Positions 30,074 to 40,408 of a stretch of DNA of 64,000 nt are shown piece after piece. The position numbers and the translations under genes were made by a program. Below the pieces are notes generated by a model. It had not been told where the DNA came from, searched no databases, and saw only the letters and a list, made by a program, of their open reading frames with translations. Origin of the DNA: Planctomycetota bacterium (GTDB lineage: Bacteria; Planctomycetota; UBA8108; SXIK01); contig OZ244999.1 in NCBI GenBank assembly GCA_965223265.1, forward strand, positions 5,312,001-5,376,000, written 5' to 3'. Numbering within the stretch: the stretch's first letter is position 1; the number at the start of each line of letters is the position of its first letter.

Positions 30074-30592
30074 ATGACCAAAGCGAAACGCCAACTCAGG
30101 GAACGCCAGCACGAGGTCGACCAGAAGCAGTCAAAGAACGTTTTGAGCCTCGAGTATTTCGTCACCGGGATCTCCAGTTGGCTGATCCCGGGTGCGGGGC
30201 ATTTCCTGCTCGGCTACCGTACTCGCGGCACGTTCATCGCGGTGATCGTCCTCGGCATCTTCTGGTACGGCGAAAGCGTGCTGGCCAACAACATGGCGGT
30301 GTGCCGCGCCTCGAGTCCATTCTTCTATGCGTGCCAGCTGGGAAATGGCCTCAGCACCATCGTGGCGGAGAATCTGTGGGGCGAACCGGGCTACCCAAAC
30401 AGCACCACCCAGCCACCGGACCCCAACATCCCGCCCGGATACCATCTTGGGATTCTGTTCACCACAGTCAGCGGCCTACTGAACATGCTAGCGGTTTTGC
30501 ACGTAATCGACCCCAAGACATGGCGCGCGGCGGGCGAGCGGGAAGCCACGCGTGAGACGACTCGGAACGGCCGCACGGAGGCAGATCAGTGA
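30074..30592 (+). CDS. membrane protein, DUF6677-like
   Basis: SWLIPGAGHFLLG...G.LFTTVSGLLNMLAVL signature. Confidence 0.7.
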   Translation: MTKAKRQLRERQHEVDQKQSKNVLSLEYFVTGISSWLIPGAGHFLLGYRTRGTFIAVIVLGIFWYGESVLANNMAVCRASSPFFYACQLGNGLSTIVAENLWGEPGYPNSTTQPPDPNIPPGYHLGILFTTVSGLLNMLAVLHVIDPKTWRAAGEREATRETTRNGRTEADQ

Positions 30593-30783
30593 TGGTCTCG
30601 CTGGTCTCGTTCGTGGCGTATTTTCTCATCTTGACCGCCGCCGTGACGCTCGTAACAGCCCTGATCCGACTCGACCGTCCACAGCATATCGTAAGCGAAG
30701 CGGGACGCTTTCTCGTCAGCATCACGGTAGGGATCCTGCTTCTCTGCTTGATCGTTGCTGCACTCGAGTGGGTCTTCGTGTAG
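30589..30783 (+). CDS. small 2-TM membrane protein
   Basis: GTGA overlap with the upstream stop; two hydrophobic helices. Confidence 0.65.
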   Translation: MMVSLVSFVAYFLILTAAVTLVTALIRLDRPQHIVSEAGRFLVSITVGILLLCLIVAALEWVFV

Positions 30784-30969
30784 TTAGCAGCCTGCCTGAA
30801 AAAGTGCTTCGAGCCGAAAACTGGTCTCTTCGCGTCCAGATCGGCCGCGGCAAACGCAGGTAATCTCCGAGCCCTCTTCTATAAGGTATACGGCGAGTAT
30901 TGACGCGGCCCGTCTGGGCGTGAAGAGGCCGGTTTCTCGGCCGAATGACTTTTTCAGGCGGGCTGTTAG
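30784..30969 (+). mobile_element. MITE-like hairpin element, full copy (TTAG duplication included)
   Basis: TTAG-CAGCCTGCCTGAAAAAG...CTTTTTCAGGCGGGCTG-TTAG. Confidence 0.87.
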
Positions 30970-31085
30970 GCAGCCCATCTTTGTCGCTGGACGCGGAGCG
31001 AGGAAAGGACTCGCAGCGCGTGGGCGGATAGACGCACCCGGGGTGTGGACTCGCAATCAGCTCGACCGCGAGCTAAAATCAGCAG

Positions 31086-31449
31086 GTTCCCCAGTAGAGG
31101 ACATGGTCGTGGCCCATGAGGGTCCTCACCGACTCGGGCCGAGGAAAGTCCGGACTTCGCAGGGTAGCGTGGTGGATAACGTCCACCGGAAGCGATTCTA
31201 GGGAAAGTGCCACAGAAAACATACCGCCAGGCGACTGGTAAGGGTGAAAAGGCGAGGTAAGAGCTCACCGCGAGGATGGTGACATTCTCGGCACGGTAAA
31301 CCCCACGCGAAGCAAGACCAAATAGGGAAGGAGAGGCGACCCGTCTCGCGCGACTTCGGTCACACACTTCCGGGTAGGTCGCTTAGATGAAGGACCATGC
31401 GGCGGCTTCTGCCGTTGAACAGGATCCGGCTTACGATCTGCTGGGGAAC
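31086..31449 (+). ncRNA. rnpB: RNase P RNA, type A, lacking P18
   Basis: GAGGAAAGTCCGG, AGTGCCACAGAAA, GGTAAACCCC, AAGACCAAATAGG, ACAGGATCCGGCTTAC; P1 GTTCCCCAGTAGA/TCTGCTGGGGAAC; TAAAAT -10 at 31074-31079. Confidence 0.96.
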
Positions 31450-31489
31450 GTTTCTCACACCTCGGCGAATACAGCTCGCCACGGGATTC

Positions 31490-32191
31490 TCAGTCAGCCA
31501 GGTAGAGAAAGCGTGTGCACTGCGAGCACTGAACGATCTCGCCGAGCATGAGCTGATTGACGTTTTGAGGCGTCAACCGCATGTGGCAGCCGCGGCAGAT
31601 ACCGTCTTGCACCTCGGCAATTGCGAAGTTCTGATGGCGATCGAGCACACGTTCGTACAGCGCCAAATGTTCGCGATCAATGCCCTCGGTGTGTTGGGCC
31701 CGCTCTGTCTCCAACTGACTCAGCTGCCCGTCGAGCCCCTTCAAGAGCTCGGCCATCTCGGCTTCCTTACGAGCGAGGATTTCTTCAGCTTTGCGCTGGC
31801 TCGTCTCGGCAAGTTCAAGGCGCTCCTGGAGGTCGTCGATCTCTGAAAGTTTCGCGAGCACGTCCTCTTCGGCCTTTCCACGCTCCTCGATCTGTCGCTC
31901 GATCTGGTCAGTCATGACCTGATACTCAGCGTTCGACTTGCACTGGTTGCGTGCCCCCTTGATCTTATTGACCTCAGCGTCGTACTGCCGCACGTCAACC
32001 TCGAGCGAGTCTGCAGCGACGCGAAGATCTTTGATCGCGCCTCGAATGACCTCGACGCCCGCCCTCTCCTGCGCCACCTTTTGACGATCCTCATCGAGCT
32101 CGCGGGGTCTTACCCGCTTCGCTTCACGCAGAAACAGAATCTGCGAATCGAAATCCTGAACCCGCAACAACCGTTCAATCGAGCCATGCAT
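31490..32191 (-). CDS. coiled-coil C4 zinc-ribbon protein (DUF164/CT398-like)
   Basis: Long coiled coil with KSNAEY; CRGCHMRL...IVQCSQCTRFLY. Confidence 0.88.
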   Translation of the reverse strand: MHGSIERLLRVQDFDSQILFLREAKRVRPRELDEDRQKVAQERAGVEVIRGAIKDLRVAADSLEVDVRQYDAEVNKIKGARNQCKSNAEYQVMTDQIERQIEERGKAEEDVLAKLSEIDDLQERLELAETSQRKAEEILARKEAEMAELLKGLDGQLSQLETERAQHTEGIDREHLALYERVLDRHQNFAIAEVQDGICRGCHMRLTPQNVNQLMLGEIVQCSQCTRFLYLAD

Positions 32192-32378
32192 GGCGCTTTC
32201 GCACCCCCTCGTAGCGCTTCATCAGCGAAGACAAGCTTACCGCCCCTGGGAACACCTAACAGCTTTCGTCGAAAGAGTCAATTCCTCCGCCTCCGGCTCT
32301 GCATCTCGTGCTTCACGCGAAACCATCGCGACGGCCCACCACACCGCCGCGTCCTCGCGGGAACAATCGCCGTCAAAG

Positions 32379-32409
32379 AAAAAAGCCGGCCCCAGGAGGA
32401 CCGGCTTTT
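32379..32409 (-). terminator. intrinsic terminator downstream of rpoD (possibly bidirectional)
   Basis: AAAAAAGCCGG-loop-CCGGCTTTT. Confidence 0.65.
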
Positions 32410-32612
32410 GGTTCCAATCGGACGCGTTCGAGGCGTCCGTTGCGTCGGCGCGACACTGCCGCGCCGTGAGCAAGCCACGTCGATAGGCGGCTTCGCACAG
32501 ATTCGCGCGCGACTGCCTTCGACGACGATGTCATCTCGGAAGGCATCTTGCCGCGCCGGTCGCGGGACGACCCCGCGAGTCAGCCTGCTCTCAACATGGC
32601 GCGCGCGTTTCA

Positions 32613-34235
32613 CTAACTCATGGACTCCAGAAAACCCTCCAACAGCCGACTGCGAATCGGATGCTGCAACTTGCGCACGGCCTTCGCCTCGATTTGACGG
32701 ACGCGCTCGCGCGTGACGCGGAAGATTTTGCCAACCTCTTCGAGCGTGTACGTGTAACCGTCGCCCAGTCCGTAGCGCAGCTTGATGATCTCACGTTCAC
32801 GGTAGGTCAACGTGTTGAGCACGTCCTCAAGCTTCTCTTTGAGCATCTCATGCGCCGCTGCGTTCACCGGCGATTGAGCCGTACGGTCTTCGATGAAGTC
32901 CCCGAAAAATCCATCATCCGAGTCGCCGATCGGTCGATCGAGCGAGATCGGATGTTTGGAGATCTTGATGACTTTTCGGGTCTCTTCTTCGGAGATTCCC
33001 AGCTCGTGCGAGATCTCTTTGATCGTGGGTTCACGCCCGTTCTTTTGGATGAGCTTCTTCGTCGCATTGCGGACCTTGCTCATCGTCTCGATCATGTGCA
33101 CCGGAATACGGATCGTGCGAGCTTGATCCGCAATCGACCGCGTGATCGCTTGGCGGATCCACCAGGTGGCATAAGTCGAAAACTTGTATCCGCGCCGATA
33201 CTCGTATTTCTCGACAGCCTTCATGAGACCTGTGTTTCCCTCCTGGATCAGATCCAAGAAGGTGAGTCCACGATTGCGGTATCGCTTTGCGATGCTGACA
33301 ACGAGACGCAAGTTGCCGCCCGACAGCTTTCGCTTCGCCTCTTCGTAATCGTTGTACCACTTGCGAATAGTCTCGATACGACTGCGCAGCTCTTCCCGTG
33401 ACTCGAGCGCTTCCTGCTCGTACTCACATTGCCGAACCTTCGTCTCTTCGATCCGCTCCTTCTCCGCCTTGCGGAGACGGCGACGGCTGCGCTTCCGATT
33501 GAGCTCGATCTTGTCGACCTCATCCTGCAGCGAGTTCATTTTGCGGAAAAGCTGATGCAGCTCCTGACGCAACTGATTGACGACGGGCTTCTTCAGCGTT
33601 AATTCGCTCGTCAGTACGCCCCCCTTGTTGTTGCGACTACGAATCTTTTGTTCGATTTTTTCATCCGGCTTCTTGGCTGTCGCGACAACTCGGAAGTCCG
33701 CGTGATTCGCCTGGTTCAGCTTACGCAACGTCTCGAGGTTGCTCTGGATGAGGTTGAACGCATCTTCTTTGCTGAAGTCCTCGTTGCCTGAGGGCGTCAC
33801 CTTGACCGTTTTGTCAAGCGCCAGCTCACCCCTGAGGACATCGTCGAGAACCTTGATGACCGTAGTCTGCGCGAGTCCGCTGCTATACAGCTGCTTTTGG
33901 TAGCGCTGCCGAGACATCTCGATCTTTTTGGCGAGGAGGAGCTCCTCAGCGCGCGTGAGCAGCGGAATTTCACCCATCTGAGTCAGATACATCCGAACTG
34001 GATCGTCGATCTTTTCCGAGAGAGATTCCCCATCGATGTTCGGATCATCGGAACCGGTCAGCGGATCATCGCGCAGCTCGATACTGTGAGCCTCGAGCGC
34101 GGCGAAAACCTCGTCGATACGCTCCGGAGAGTTACAATCCTCGGGGAAAATCTCGTTGAAACGATCATACGTGATATAGCCATCACGCTTCCCCTCCTCG
34201 ATCAAAACCTTCAGACGGTCTTCCATCTTCTGCAT
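32613..34235 (-). CDS. rpoD: primary RNA polymerase sigma factor
   Basis: Region 1.1; [12 protein letters not shown]; [54 protein letters not shown]; [12 protein letters not shown]. Confidence 0.97.
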   Translation of the reverse strand: MQKMEDRLKVLIEEGKRDGYITYDRFNEIFPEDCNSPERIDEVFAALEAHSIELRDDPLTGSDDPNIDGESLSEKIDDPVRMYLTQMGEIPLLTRAEELLLAKKIEMSRQRYQKQLYSSGLAQTTVIKVLDDVLRGELALDKTVKVTPSGNEDFSKEDAFNLIQSNLETLRKLNQANHADFRVVATAKKPDEKIEQKIRSRNNKGGVLTSELTLKKPVVNQLRQELHQLFRKMNSLQDEVDKIELNRKRSRRRLRKAEKERIEETKVRQCEYEQEALESREELRSRIETIRKWYNDYEEAKRKLSGGNLRLVVSIAKRYRNRGLTFLDLIQEGNTGLMKAVEKYEYRRGYKFSTYATWWIRQAITRSIADQARTIRIPVHMIETMSKVRNATKKLIQKNGREPTIKEISHELGISEEETRKVIKISKHPISLDRPIGDSDDGFFGDFIEDRTAQSPVNAAAHEMLKEKLEDVLNTLTYREREIIKLRYGLGDGYTYTLEEVGKIFRVTRERVRQIEAKAVRKLQHPIRSRLLEGFLESMS

Positions 34236-34269
34236 TTTGGCGAAAACCTTTCGTCAGCCAGCCTTTGGT

Positions 34270-36144
34270 TTACCTCGGGCTTGCCGTCTTTTTTTGCTCT
34301 CGTAGTCTTTGAAACCGGCGCTGGACGAGCTCGACAAGACGTTGTTGGTCGCCGCTCGAGCGCGCGCTTTCGATATCCCGATTGAGGACCTCGATCTCCC
34401 GACTCGCCGTGTAGCGTTGAATGTCCTTGAGGACACAATCCCAGCGCTCGCTGTAGTCAACTTCCGCGGCCACGCTTGGGGATGTGTCGTCTCGGTCCAG
34501 TCGGCTCAGAATCTGAATCAAAACAGATTGAGTTGGAGCACTCTGAACGCTTCGCAACAAGTCGTCAGGGTCGATGCCACCGTCTGCAAGTTGTCCCTCT
34601 ATCGCCGGGACCAACTCCGCGTAGGCTTCCCCTTGAAGAATCTCCTTTGGCACGTTGTCCCACATCGAGACCGCATTTTGCGGCATTGCCAGAAGACATT
34701 CGAGGACGACTTGCGCGAGCTCGTGCGCTCCCGCTTGCGGTGAATCCTGAGAATCTACAGGTTGATTCGTCACTGCCCGCTGCGCTGCAGCTTGAGTCTG
34801 ACGCGGCGCGTTCATTCTGACCAGGCGGCGAAACCTCTCCGCCACGGTACGCTCGTCGACACCGATCCGCTCAGCGAAATCTCGCAAGAGAAGCTGTCGA
34901 GTGACCTGATTGGGAACCTTGTTCAGGAGTGTCAGACACTCGTCGAGCGCCCTGCCGCGTGCGTTTGCACCCGAACCGCCCTCCCCGTCCGCAGACGCCT
35001 GCTCGAATGACGCCCGCCACTTGAATTCGAAGGCATCGAGCGCCCCGTCAGTCATGCGCGCAGCGAAGCGGGCGCCGCCGCCCGCCGCAATCGCTTCGCA
35101 GGGATCTTCGCCGGACGGTAGAGAAAAAACTTTGAGCTCGAGCTCGTGCGGCACGAGGAGTTCCAGTGAACGAACAGCAGCCTTGGAGCCGGCCGCGTCG
35201 CCGTCGAACACGAGCGTGACGCGTGAGGCGAAGCGACTGAGTTGTTGAGCGTTCTCACTTGTCAGGGCAGTCCCCAGCGTGGCGACGACGTCTGTGAGTC
35301 CGGCCTGATGCGCCATGATGACGTCGGTATACCCTTCAACAAGCGTCAGCCCCTGCCGCTTCTGAATCGTCGCACGCGCCTGCTCTAGGCCGTAGAGGAG
35401 CCTCGACTTGTCGAACAGCCGCGATGCCGGCGAGTTGAGGTACTTGGGCTCGTCACTACCAAGCGTGCGCGCTCCGAATCCAACGGTCCGGCGCTGAGCG
35501 TTGGAGATCGGAAACATCAGACGGCCGCGAAAGTAGTCATAGTGACTGTCGCGGTCCTGGCGACTCCGAATGAGTCCAGCGTGTTCGAGAATCTTCGGAG
35601 CTAACCCGTGACGTTTCGCGGCGCTCACGAAACCCCTTCCATCAGCAGGGGAAAAGCCGAGGTAGAAAGTCTTCCAACTCTCGGGCTCGATCTTGCGTCG
35701 CTCCAGATACTCTCGCGCCGCCGAAGCAACTGGCGACTCGAGAAGTACGCGGTGATAGAAATCGCGAGCGAACTCGAGGGCCTGGTAGAGGTCGACGGTG
35801 CGCACTTCGTCAGCGACCGAACGCGATGCCGGCCGCCGCCTCACGAGCTCGATACCAGCGCGCTCCGCTAAGAGCTCCAGGGCCTGAACAAAATCCACCC
35901 CTTCCATTTTCTGCACAAAGGTGAAGAGGTCTCCGGTCTCTTGGCAGCCGAAGCAGTGATAAAACTGCCGCTCGACGTTGACGTGAAACGAAGGAGTCTT
36001 TTCACCATGAAACGGGCAGAGAGCTTTGAAGTTTCGCCCCGCGGCAATCAAGTGCACGTTGTATTCGCGCAGCACGTCCTCGAGGGGCAAGCGCTCCCGA
36101 ACCTGCTCCTTCTGGTTGTCGAATCCGATGGCAGAACCCATCAT
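34270..36144 (-). CDS. dnaG: DNA primase
   Basis: CPFHGEKTPSF...CFGC; FRGRLMFPI; PKYLNSP; VEGYTDV; FDGDAAG; directly upstream of rpoD. Confidence 0.97.
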   Translation of the reverse strand: MMGSAIGFDNQKEQVRERLPLEDVLREYNVHLIAAGRNFKALCPFHGEKTPSFHVNVERQFYHCFGCQETGDLFTFVQKMEGVDFVQALELLAERAGIELVRRRPASRSVADEVRTVDLYQALEFARDFYHRVLLESPVASAAREYLERRKIEPESWKTFYLGFSPADGRGFVSAAKRHGLAPKILEHAGLIRSRQDRDSHYDYFRGRLMFPISNAQRRTVGFGARTLGSDEPKYLNSPASRLFDKSRLLYGLEQARATIQKRQGLTLVEGYTDVIMAHQAGLTDVVATLGTALTSENAQQLSRFASRVTLVFDGDAAGSKAAVRSLELLVPHELELKVFSLPSGEDPCEAIAAGGGARFAARMTDGALDAFEFKWRASFEQASADGEGGSGANARGRALDECLTLLNKVPNQVTRQLLLRDFAERIGVDERTVAERFRRLVRMNAPRQTQAAAQRAVTNQPVDSQDSPQAGAHELAQVVLECLLAMPQNAVSMWDNVPKEILQGEAYAELVPAIEGQLADGGIDPDDLLRSVQSAPTQSVLIQILSRLDRDDTSPSVAAEVDYSERWDCVLKDIQRYTASREIEVLNRDIESARSSGDQQRLVELVQRRFQRLREQKKTASPR

Positions 36145-36728
36145 GCTAACTAACGCCCGCGTTCAGTTCAGTCGATTTTCTCTCTTACGTCTCGACCCAC
36201 GAACATTCGCCCAGCCAGGCCGTTTGTTGTGTCACCCTGCCGCCGTGAGCTCGGCTGCTCAAAGCTCCGGCATTCACACTCGATCGCTGCTGCAACCCAG
36301 ATGTGGCCATGAGGTCTCGGCCCGTCGTTCGACCCCGACAGATCTTCACTCTCTTCACGCTCCCGTCATGATCTGACACGCTTGCCCCGCAACTGCAATC
36401 GCGGCACGCACCGGCCGGATCGTCCGGTCGTTTCGAACTCGAGAATCTCTTCCCTAACAGTTCGCTCGAAACCTTGCCTCAGACAGCAACAATCCAGCTG
36501 ACAAAACTTCTCAGATGCTCTTCTCAGAACCAGCTCAGACTTCTCAGGTGGTCGTCGGCAGTGATGGCGAACAATTTGACGAAACGACTTGGCATCGATT
36601 CCGACGCACACGACAGCTTTCCGCAGCACGTCGCCCCCCGACAAGAAAACGTGCTCGTGAGCTCGATTCGCGGCTGATGCAAAAGGCGTAAGATCAAACC
36701 ATTATTAAAAATGGAGCGACAGGGGTTG

Positions 36729-37655
36729 TCAAATTCCATCCACAGGAAATTCCTCGGCGAGGCGAGCGAAAGCAGCCGACGAAAGCTCCTCGGGACGCTG
36801 CTGGGCGGAGACACCCACGAGCTCGAGTGCTCGCAGAGCGCGGACGTCCCCGAGTTGACGTCGCAGGAGGCCGCCAAGCTGTTTGCGCCGCTGACCAAAG
36901 AGCGTCTTCACCCACCAGGCATAACTGCCATAATCAGTGAGCTTTGTGGCATCGCCTCGGGGCTCGAGGAGAATCGACGCGGAGTCGACCTGAGGCGGCG
37001 GCCAAAACGCCCTCCGGGAGACCGTCCGCACCCGGCGCGCGCTGGCCCAAAAGGCTCGGAGCGCCGTCAAGGGGCCATACTGCCGGGTTCCCGGCTCGGC
37101 GCAGAGTCGGTCTGCCACCTCTGCTTGCACCAAAAGGAGAGCGCGGCGCCACGAAAACCCCCCAGCCAAAACGGCAACAATCAGTGGCGAGGCGATGCTG
37201 TAGGGCAGATTTGAGACCCAGAGAAATCCCTCGGCGCGCCTCAGTAGCGCAGCCACGTCGGGTGCCAGTTCGTCGCGACTCTCCAAGACGTTGGCGCGGA
37301 TCAGACGGACGTTTTTGTGAGCGGCAAGCTCGCCCCGCGCGAACTCATGCGTTCGCTCGTCAACTTCCACGGAGATCACTTCCGCCGCGGTCTCGGCCAA
37401 CACCCTCGTCAGCGTCCCCGCTCCGGTGCCGACCTCAAAGACAACGTCGCTTGCCGTCGTGCCGGCATCGCGAACCATCGCCTCCAGCAGCTGAGGATCG
37501 TGGAGAAAATGCTGATCGCGGCCGGTCTTTGGTTTGAGCCCGGCGTCCAAAAAACGGCGTACAATCCCGGCGGGCACGCCGCGAACATCTGAGCTCGCCG
37601 CAGACCGCCGCCGGTCGGAATGCGCCGGATTCGTTGGCTCACGCCTGGGGGACAT
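36729..37655 (-). CDS. rsmA: 16S rRNA m6,2A dimethyltransferase
   Basis: QHFL, EVGTGAGTLT, VEVD, SNLPYSIAS, QAEVADRL, FWPPPQVDS, FGQRRKQL. Confidence 0.9.
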   Translation of the reverse strand: MSPRREPTNPAHSDRRRSAASSDVRGVPAGIVRRFLDAGLKPKTGRDQHFLHDPQLLEAMVRDAGTTASDVVFEVGTGAGTLTRVLAETAAEVISVEVDERTHEFARGELAAHKNVRLIRANVLESRDELAPDVAALLRRAEGFLWVSNLPYSIASPLIVAVLAGGFSWRRALLLVQAEVADRLCAEPGTRQYGPLTALRAFWASARRVRTVSRRAFWPPPQVDSASILLEPRGDATKLTDYGSYAWWVKTLFGQRRKQLGGLLRRQLGDVRALRALELVGVSAQQRPEELSSAAFARLAEEFPVDGI

Positions 37656-37709
37656 TGCACACCTGAGTCGGAGAAGAATCGCCCGTCGCCCATTCGTCGC
37701 GCCGGTTGT

Positions 37710-37895
37710 CTATCAGCCCGGTGAAAAAGTCATTCGGCCGAAGAAACGGACCTCTTCCCGCCCAGCTCGACCGCATCAATAGTCGCTATCAGAATCGAAA
37801 GAAGAGGGCCCGAAGATTGCCTGCGTTTGCCGCGGCCGATCTACACACGAAGAAACCAGTTTTCGGCTCGAAGCACTTTTCAGGCAGGCTGCTAT
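37710..37895 (-). mobile_element. MITE-like hairpin element, full copy in reverse orientation (CTAT = ATAG duplication)
   Basis: CTAT-CAGCCCGGTGAAAAAGTCATTCGG...CGAAGCACTTTTCAGGCAGGCTG-CTAT. Confidence 0.85.
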
Positions 37896-38044
37896 GCGCG
37901 CCAGCGGCTCGAGTCGATGGCGTTCGCTCGTAGCAATGGAGCCAAGCGGAAAGAGCCGGGGAGGAAGAGCCAACCGCCTCCGTTTCTACAACCCTATTCG
38001 CAGGATTTCCAGCCGTCGATTGGCGCAATGTTGCGCGGGCCATC

Positions 38045-38079
38045 AAAAAAACCCCTGACGGCCATGACCGTCAGGGGTT
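38045..38079 (-). terminator. intrinsic terminator of the OmpA-family gene
   Basis: A7 then CCCCTGACGG-ccatga-CCGTCAGGGG perfect stem; U-tract on the minus strand. Confidence 0.85.
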
Positions 38080-38211
38080 CTCGTTCATCTGCAAGTCGAG
38101 TGTTGACCACTCAGCACCCCACAGTCAACGCGTGCGACCGGGGGCTACGCGCACGGTCTTGGCGAACCACATGCCCCAGATCGTGAACTTCAGGATGGTC
38201 AACTCGGTCGG

Positions 38212-38964
38212 TCAGTACTTGGTCGGAATGGAGGCGGCCGCCACCGGCGTAGAGATCACCGGAGCCTGTCCGGTCCGCCGCACCACCACGCGGCGATTCG
38301 CCCGCATGCCATCGACGGTGTGCGCCGTTTCCGCCTGCACGGGCTTGTTGTAGGAAAACGCCGTGATGATCATGCGGTTCTCGCGAATCCCGTGGTTGAG
38401 AAAGTACCTAAAGACAGCTCGCGCGCGGTTATAGGCAAGGTTCATATTGTCCTGCCAGATCTTGCGCGTGCGGTTGAGCTGCTGCGTGTCGGTGTGCCCC
38501 TCGATGAGCACCGTCTCGTTCGGGTACTGCGATTGAAGGAGCGCCACGACGTCGTCGAGGACCCGTGACGCACCCGGTTTCAGGTCGGCACTACCGGGAC
38601 TAAAGAGCAGCGACTCGCCAAGCGCGAGCCCGCCGCCCTCGATCGATGCGTTGTGCGGAATTTCGCTCGGCGTAAAGGATGGACCACCCGCACGCGCCTC
38701 CTCGAGCTGACGCTGCAAGTCCCTGATCTTCGCCAGATACGCGTCGCTGTCGCCAGCTTCGCCGCCGCCGCGGGTCACCAGCATCTGATTGTACTTCTTG
38801 ATCAGATCCTCGTTCGCCTCGCGGGTGCGCTCGAGCTGTTGGGTGAGATCTTTGTACTTCTCGTACGAAACACAACCGACGGCGAACGAACCTGCGAGAA
38901 AAAGGAGCGCAACCCTGGAACACCCGTGCCACCATGCCCTTGAAATGACCAGCTGAGCCGTCAT
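38212..38964 (-). CDS. OmpA/MotB-family peptidoglycan-binding lipoprotein with coiled coil
   Basis: FAVGC lipobox; LLFSPGSADL; IEGHTD; NLAYNRARAV; ANRRVVV; start taken as ATG 38964. Confidence 0.88.
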   Translation of the reverse strand: MTAQLVISRAWWHGCSRVALLFLAGSFAVGCVSYEKYKDLTQQLERTREANEDLIKKYNQMLVTRGGGEAGDSDAYLAKIRDLQRQLEEARAGGPSFTPSEIPHNASIEGGGLALGESLLFSPGSADLKPGASRVLDDVVALLQSQYPNETVLIEGHTDTQQLNRTRKIWQDNMNLAYNRARAVFRYFLNHGIRENRMIITAFSYNKPVQAETAHTVDGMRANRRVVVRRTGQAPVISTPVAAASIPTKY

Positions 38965-39298
38965 GTAGACTTCCCTCCGTAAACTTCTTCTCTTCCGCCG
39001 GCTGAATCGCCCAACGAAGAAGACCTGCCGACCCATAGACTCCGTGGAACACACGCGCCGACGGCGACTCTCAGCCAGCGGCACTTCCGACGGAATCCCC
39101 GAGGAGACAAAAGTCTCTTCGATCACGCTCCTCTGCTCAGCGGTGCACGTGACTCGACGGTGGTCCGTCCACAACACTCGAGCCTCTACTCACGTGCTTC
39201 TAAACTTCACTTCTGGGAGCAAACGCCTGATGGATCTGCCGTTCCACCGCAGAAAGCCGCGGAAGCTAGATCATCAGCCCGTTCGCAACAGTGACGGA

Positions 39299-39327
39299 AC
39301 TATAGCGACAGATCAGGTTCCTGTAAA
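39299..39327 (-). promoter_or_regulatory. sigma70-type promoter for the OmpA-family gene
   Basis: TTTACA-N17-TATAGT on the minus strand. Confidence 0.55.
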
Positions 39328-39419
39328 GTGGATTCTTCTCGCCCATGAGACCCCTCAGTCGCGAAGCTGCGCGCGGGCAACCCCGGCCACAGTGACACGC
39401 GCTCAGACGGATCGCGCGG

Positions 39420-39466
39420 AAAAAAACCAAGAGCCGGCGACCCCTTCGGTCCGCCGGCTCCTGGTT
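39420..39466 (-). terminator. intrinsic terminator after the HTH/acidic gene
   Basis: A-tract then AACCAAGAGCCGGCG...CGCCGGCTCCTGGTT stem. Confidence 0.75.
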
Positions 39467-39499
39467 CGAAAACAAATCAGACCATCGATGCCGTCCGTC

Positions 39500-40348
39500 T
39501 CAGAGGAGGTTACGCAGAAAACCCCCGAGGACGTTGACTTTCTCGACCCATGGCGCGTAGTAGCCTCCTTCGACGCTTTCGGAGCCGAAGAAAATAGAGT
39601 ACGCGACGACTGCCAAAGGAACGAGCAAGACGGCGGCGGTGAGAGCCGACAGAACCGTCATGAGCGCCTGGCTCTCCTTACGCTTCATTTGCATCACGCG
39701 GGCGCCACCGCCGCGAAGAAGAGCGCTCTGATCCGAGACGTCCGCCGTCAAATCGTCGATCGAATCCATCTCGAACGTGTCAGTGTCCTCGGCAAACCCG
39801 AGGTCGGTATCGAGCATCGTGTCGTCGGAAAGAAAGTCTTCGGCGCTACTAGCCACCGGCGTCGTCGCCTCGGAGTCCTCCTCGAGCAATCCATCGATGT
39901 TGAGCAGGGTCTCATCGTCGCCCGCCGCCGAAGCGCCGACTGCACTCGTATCCTCTTCGACGATCAGATCATCGCTACTGAGATCGATTTCGGGCAACTC
40001 GTCATCAAAAGAAAGCTCCACCGAATCCGTCTCACCCGCTGGCGCCACTGCTGCGGTCTCCTCAGCGGCCTCGTCGTCACCCGCCAGCGACAGCTCGCCG
40101 TCGTCATCAAGCGCCAGGAGGTCGATCTGGTCGACATCGTCCTCGAGCAGTGAGAGGTCATCATCGGCGAGCAGCATATTCATGCCGCTGGCGTCACGAT
40201 AGTTGTCAATCACATCTTTGGTGAAGTAGAGCTCGCCACCCTCCTTCAGCGCCAGAATGTCGCCATCCTCAACGAGTTTCTTCAACTCGTCCTCCGAGAT
40301 CCCTAGGGCGCGACTGGCGTCGCCCACGCTCATGCGTTCATCACTCAC
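39500..40348 (-). CDS. excisionase/MerR-like HTH + acidic low-complexity linker + C-terminal TM protein
   Basis: MSVGDASRALGISEDELKKLVEDGDILALKEGGELYF HTH; D/E-rich middle; ALTAAVLLVPLAVVAYSIFF TM; GAGGA RBS. Confidence 0.8.
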   Translation of the reverse strand: MSDERMSVGDASRALGISEDELKKLVEDGDILALKEGGELYFTKDVIDNYRDASGMNMLLADDDLSLLEDDVDQIDLLALDDDGELSLAGDDEAAEETAAVAPAGETDSVELSFDDELPEIDLSSDDLIVEEDTSAVGASAAGDDETLLNIDGLLEEDSEATTPVASSAEDFLSDDTMLDTDLGFAEDTDTFEMDSIDDLTADVSDQSALLRGGGARVMQMKRKESQALMTVLSALTAAVLLVPLAVVAYSIFFGSESVEGGYYAPWVEKVNVLGGFLRNLL

Positions 40349-40408
40349 GGTGCAGTCCTCATTTCAAGTAGATCTGTGAACACGTTCAGGTGGTGCGCTC
40401 CGCCAGCG

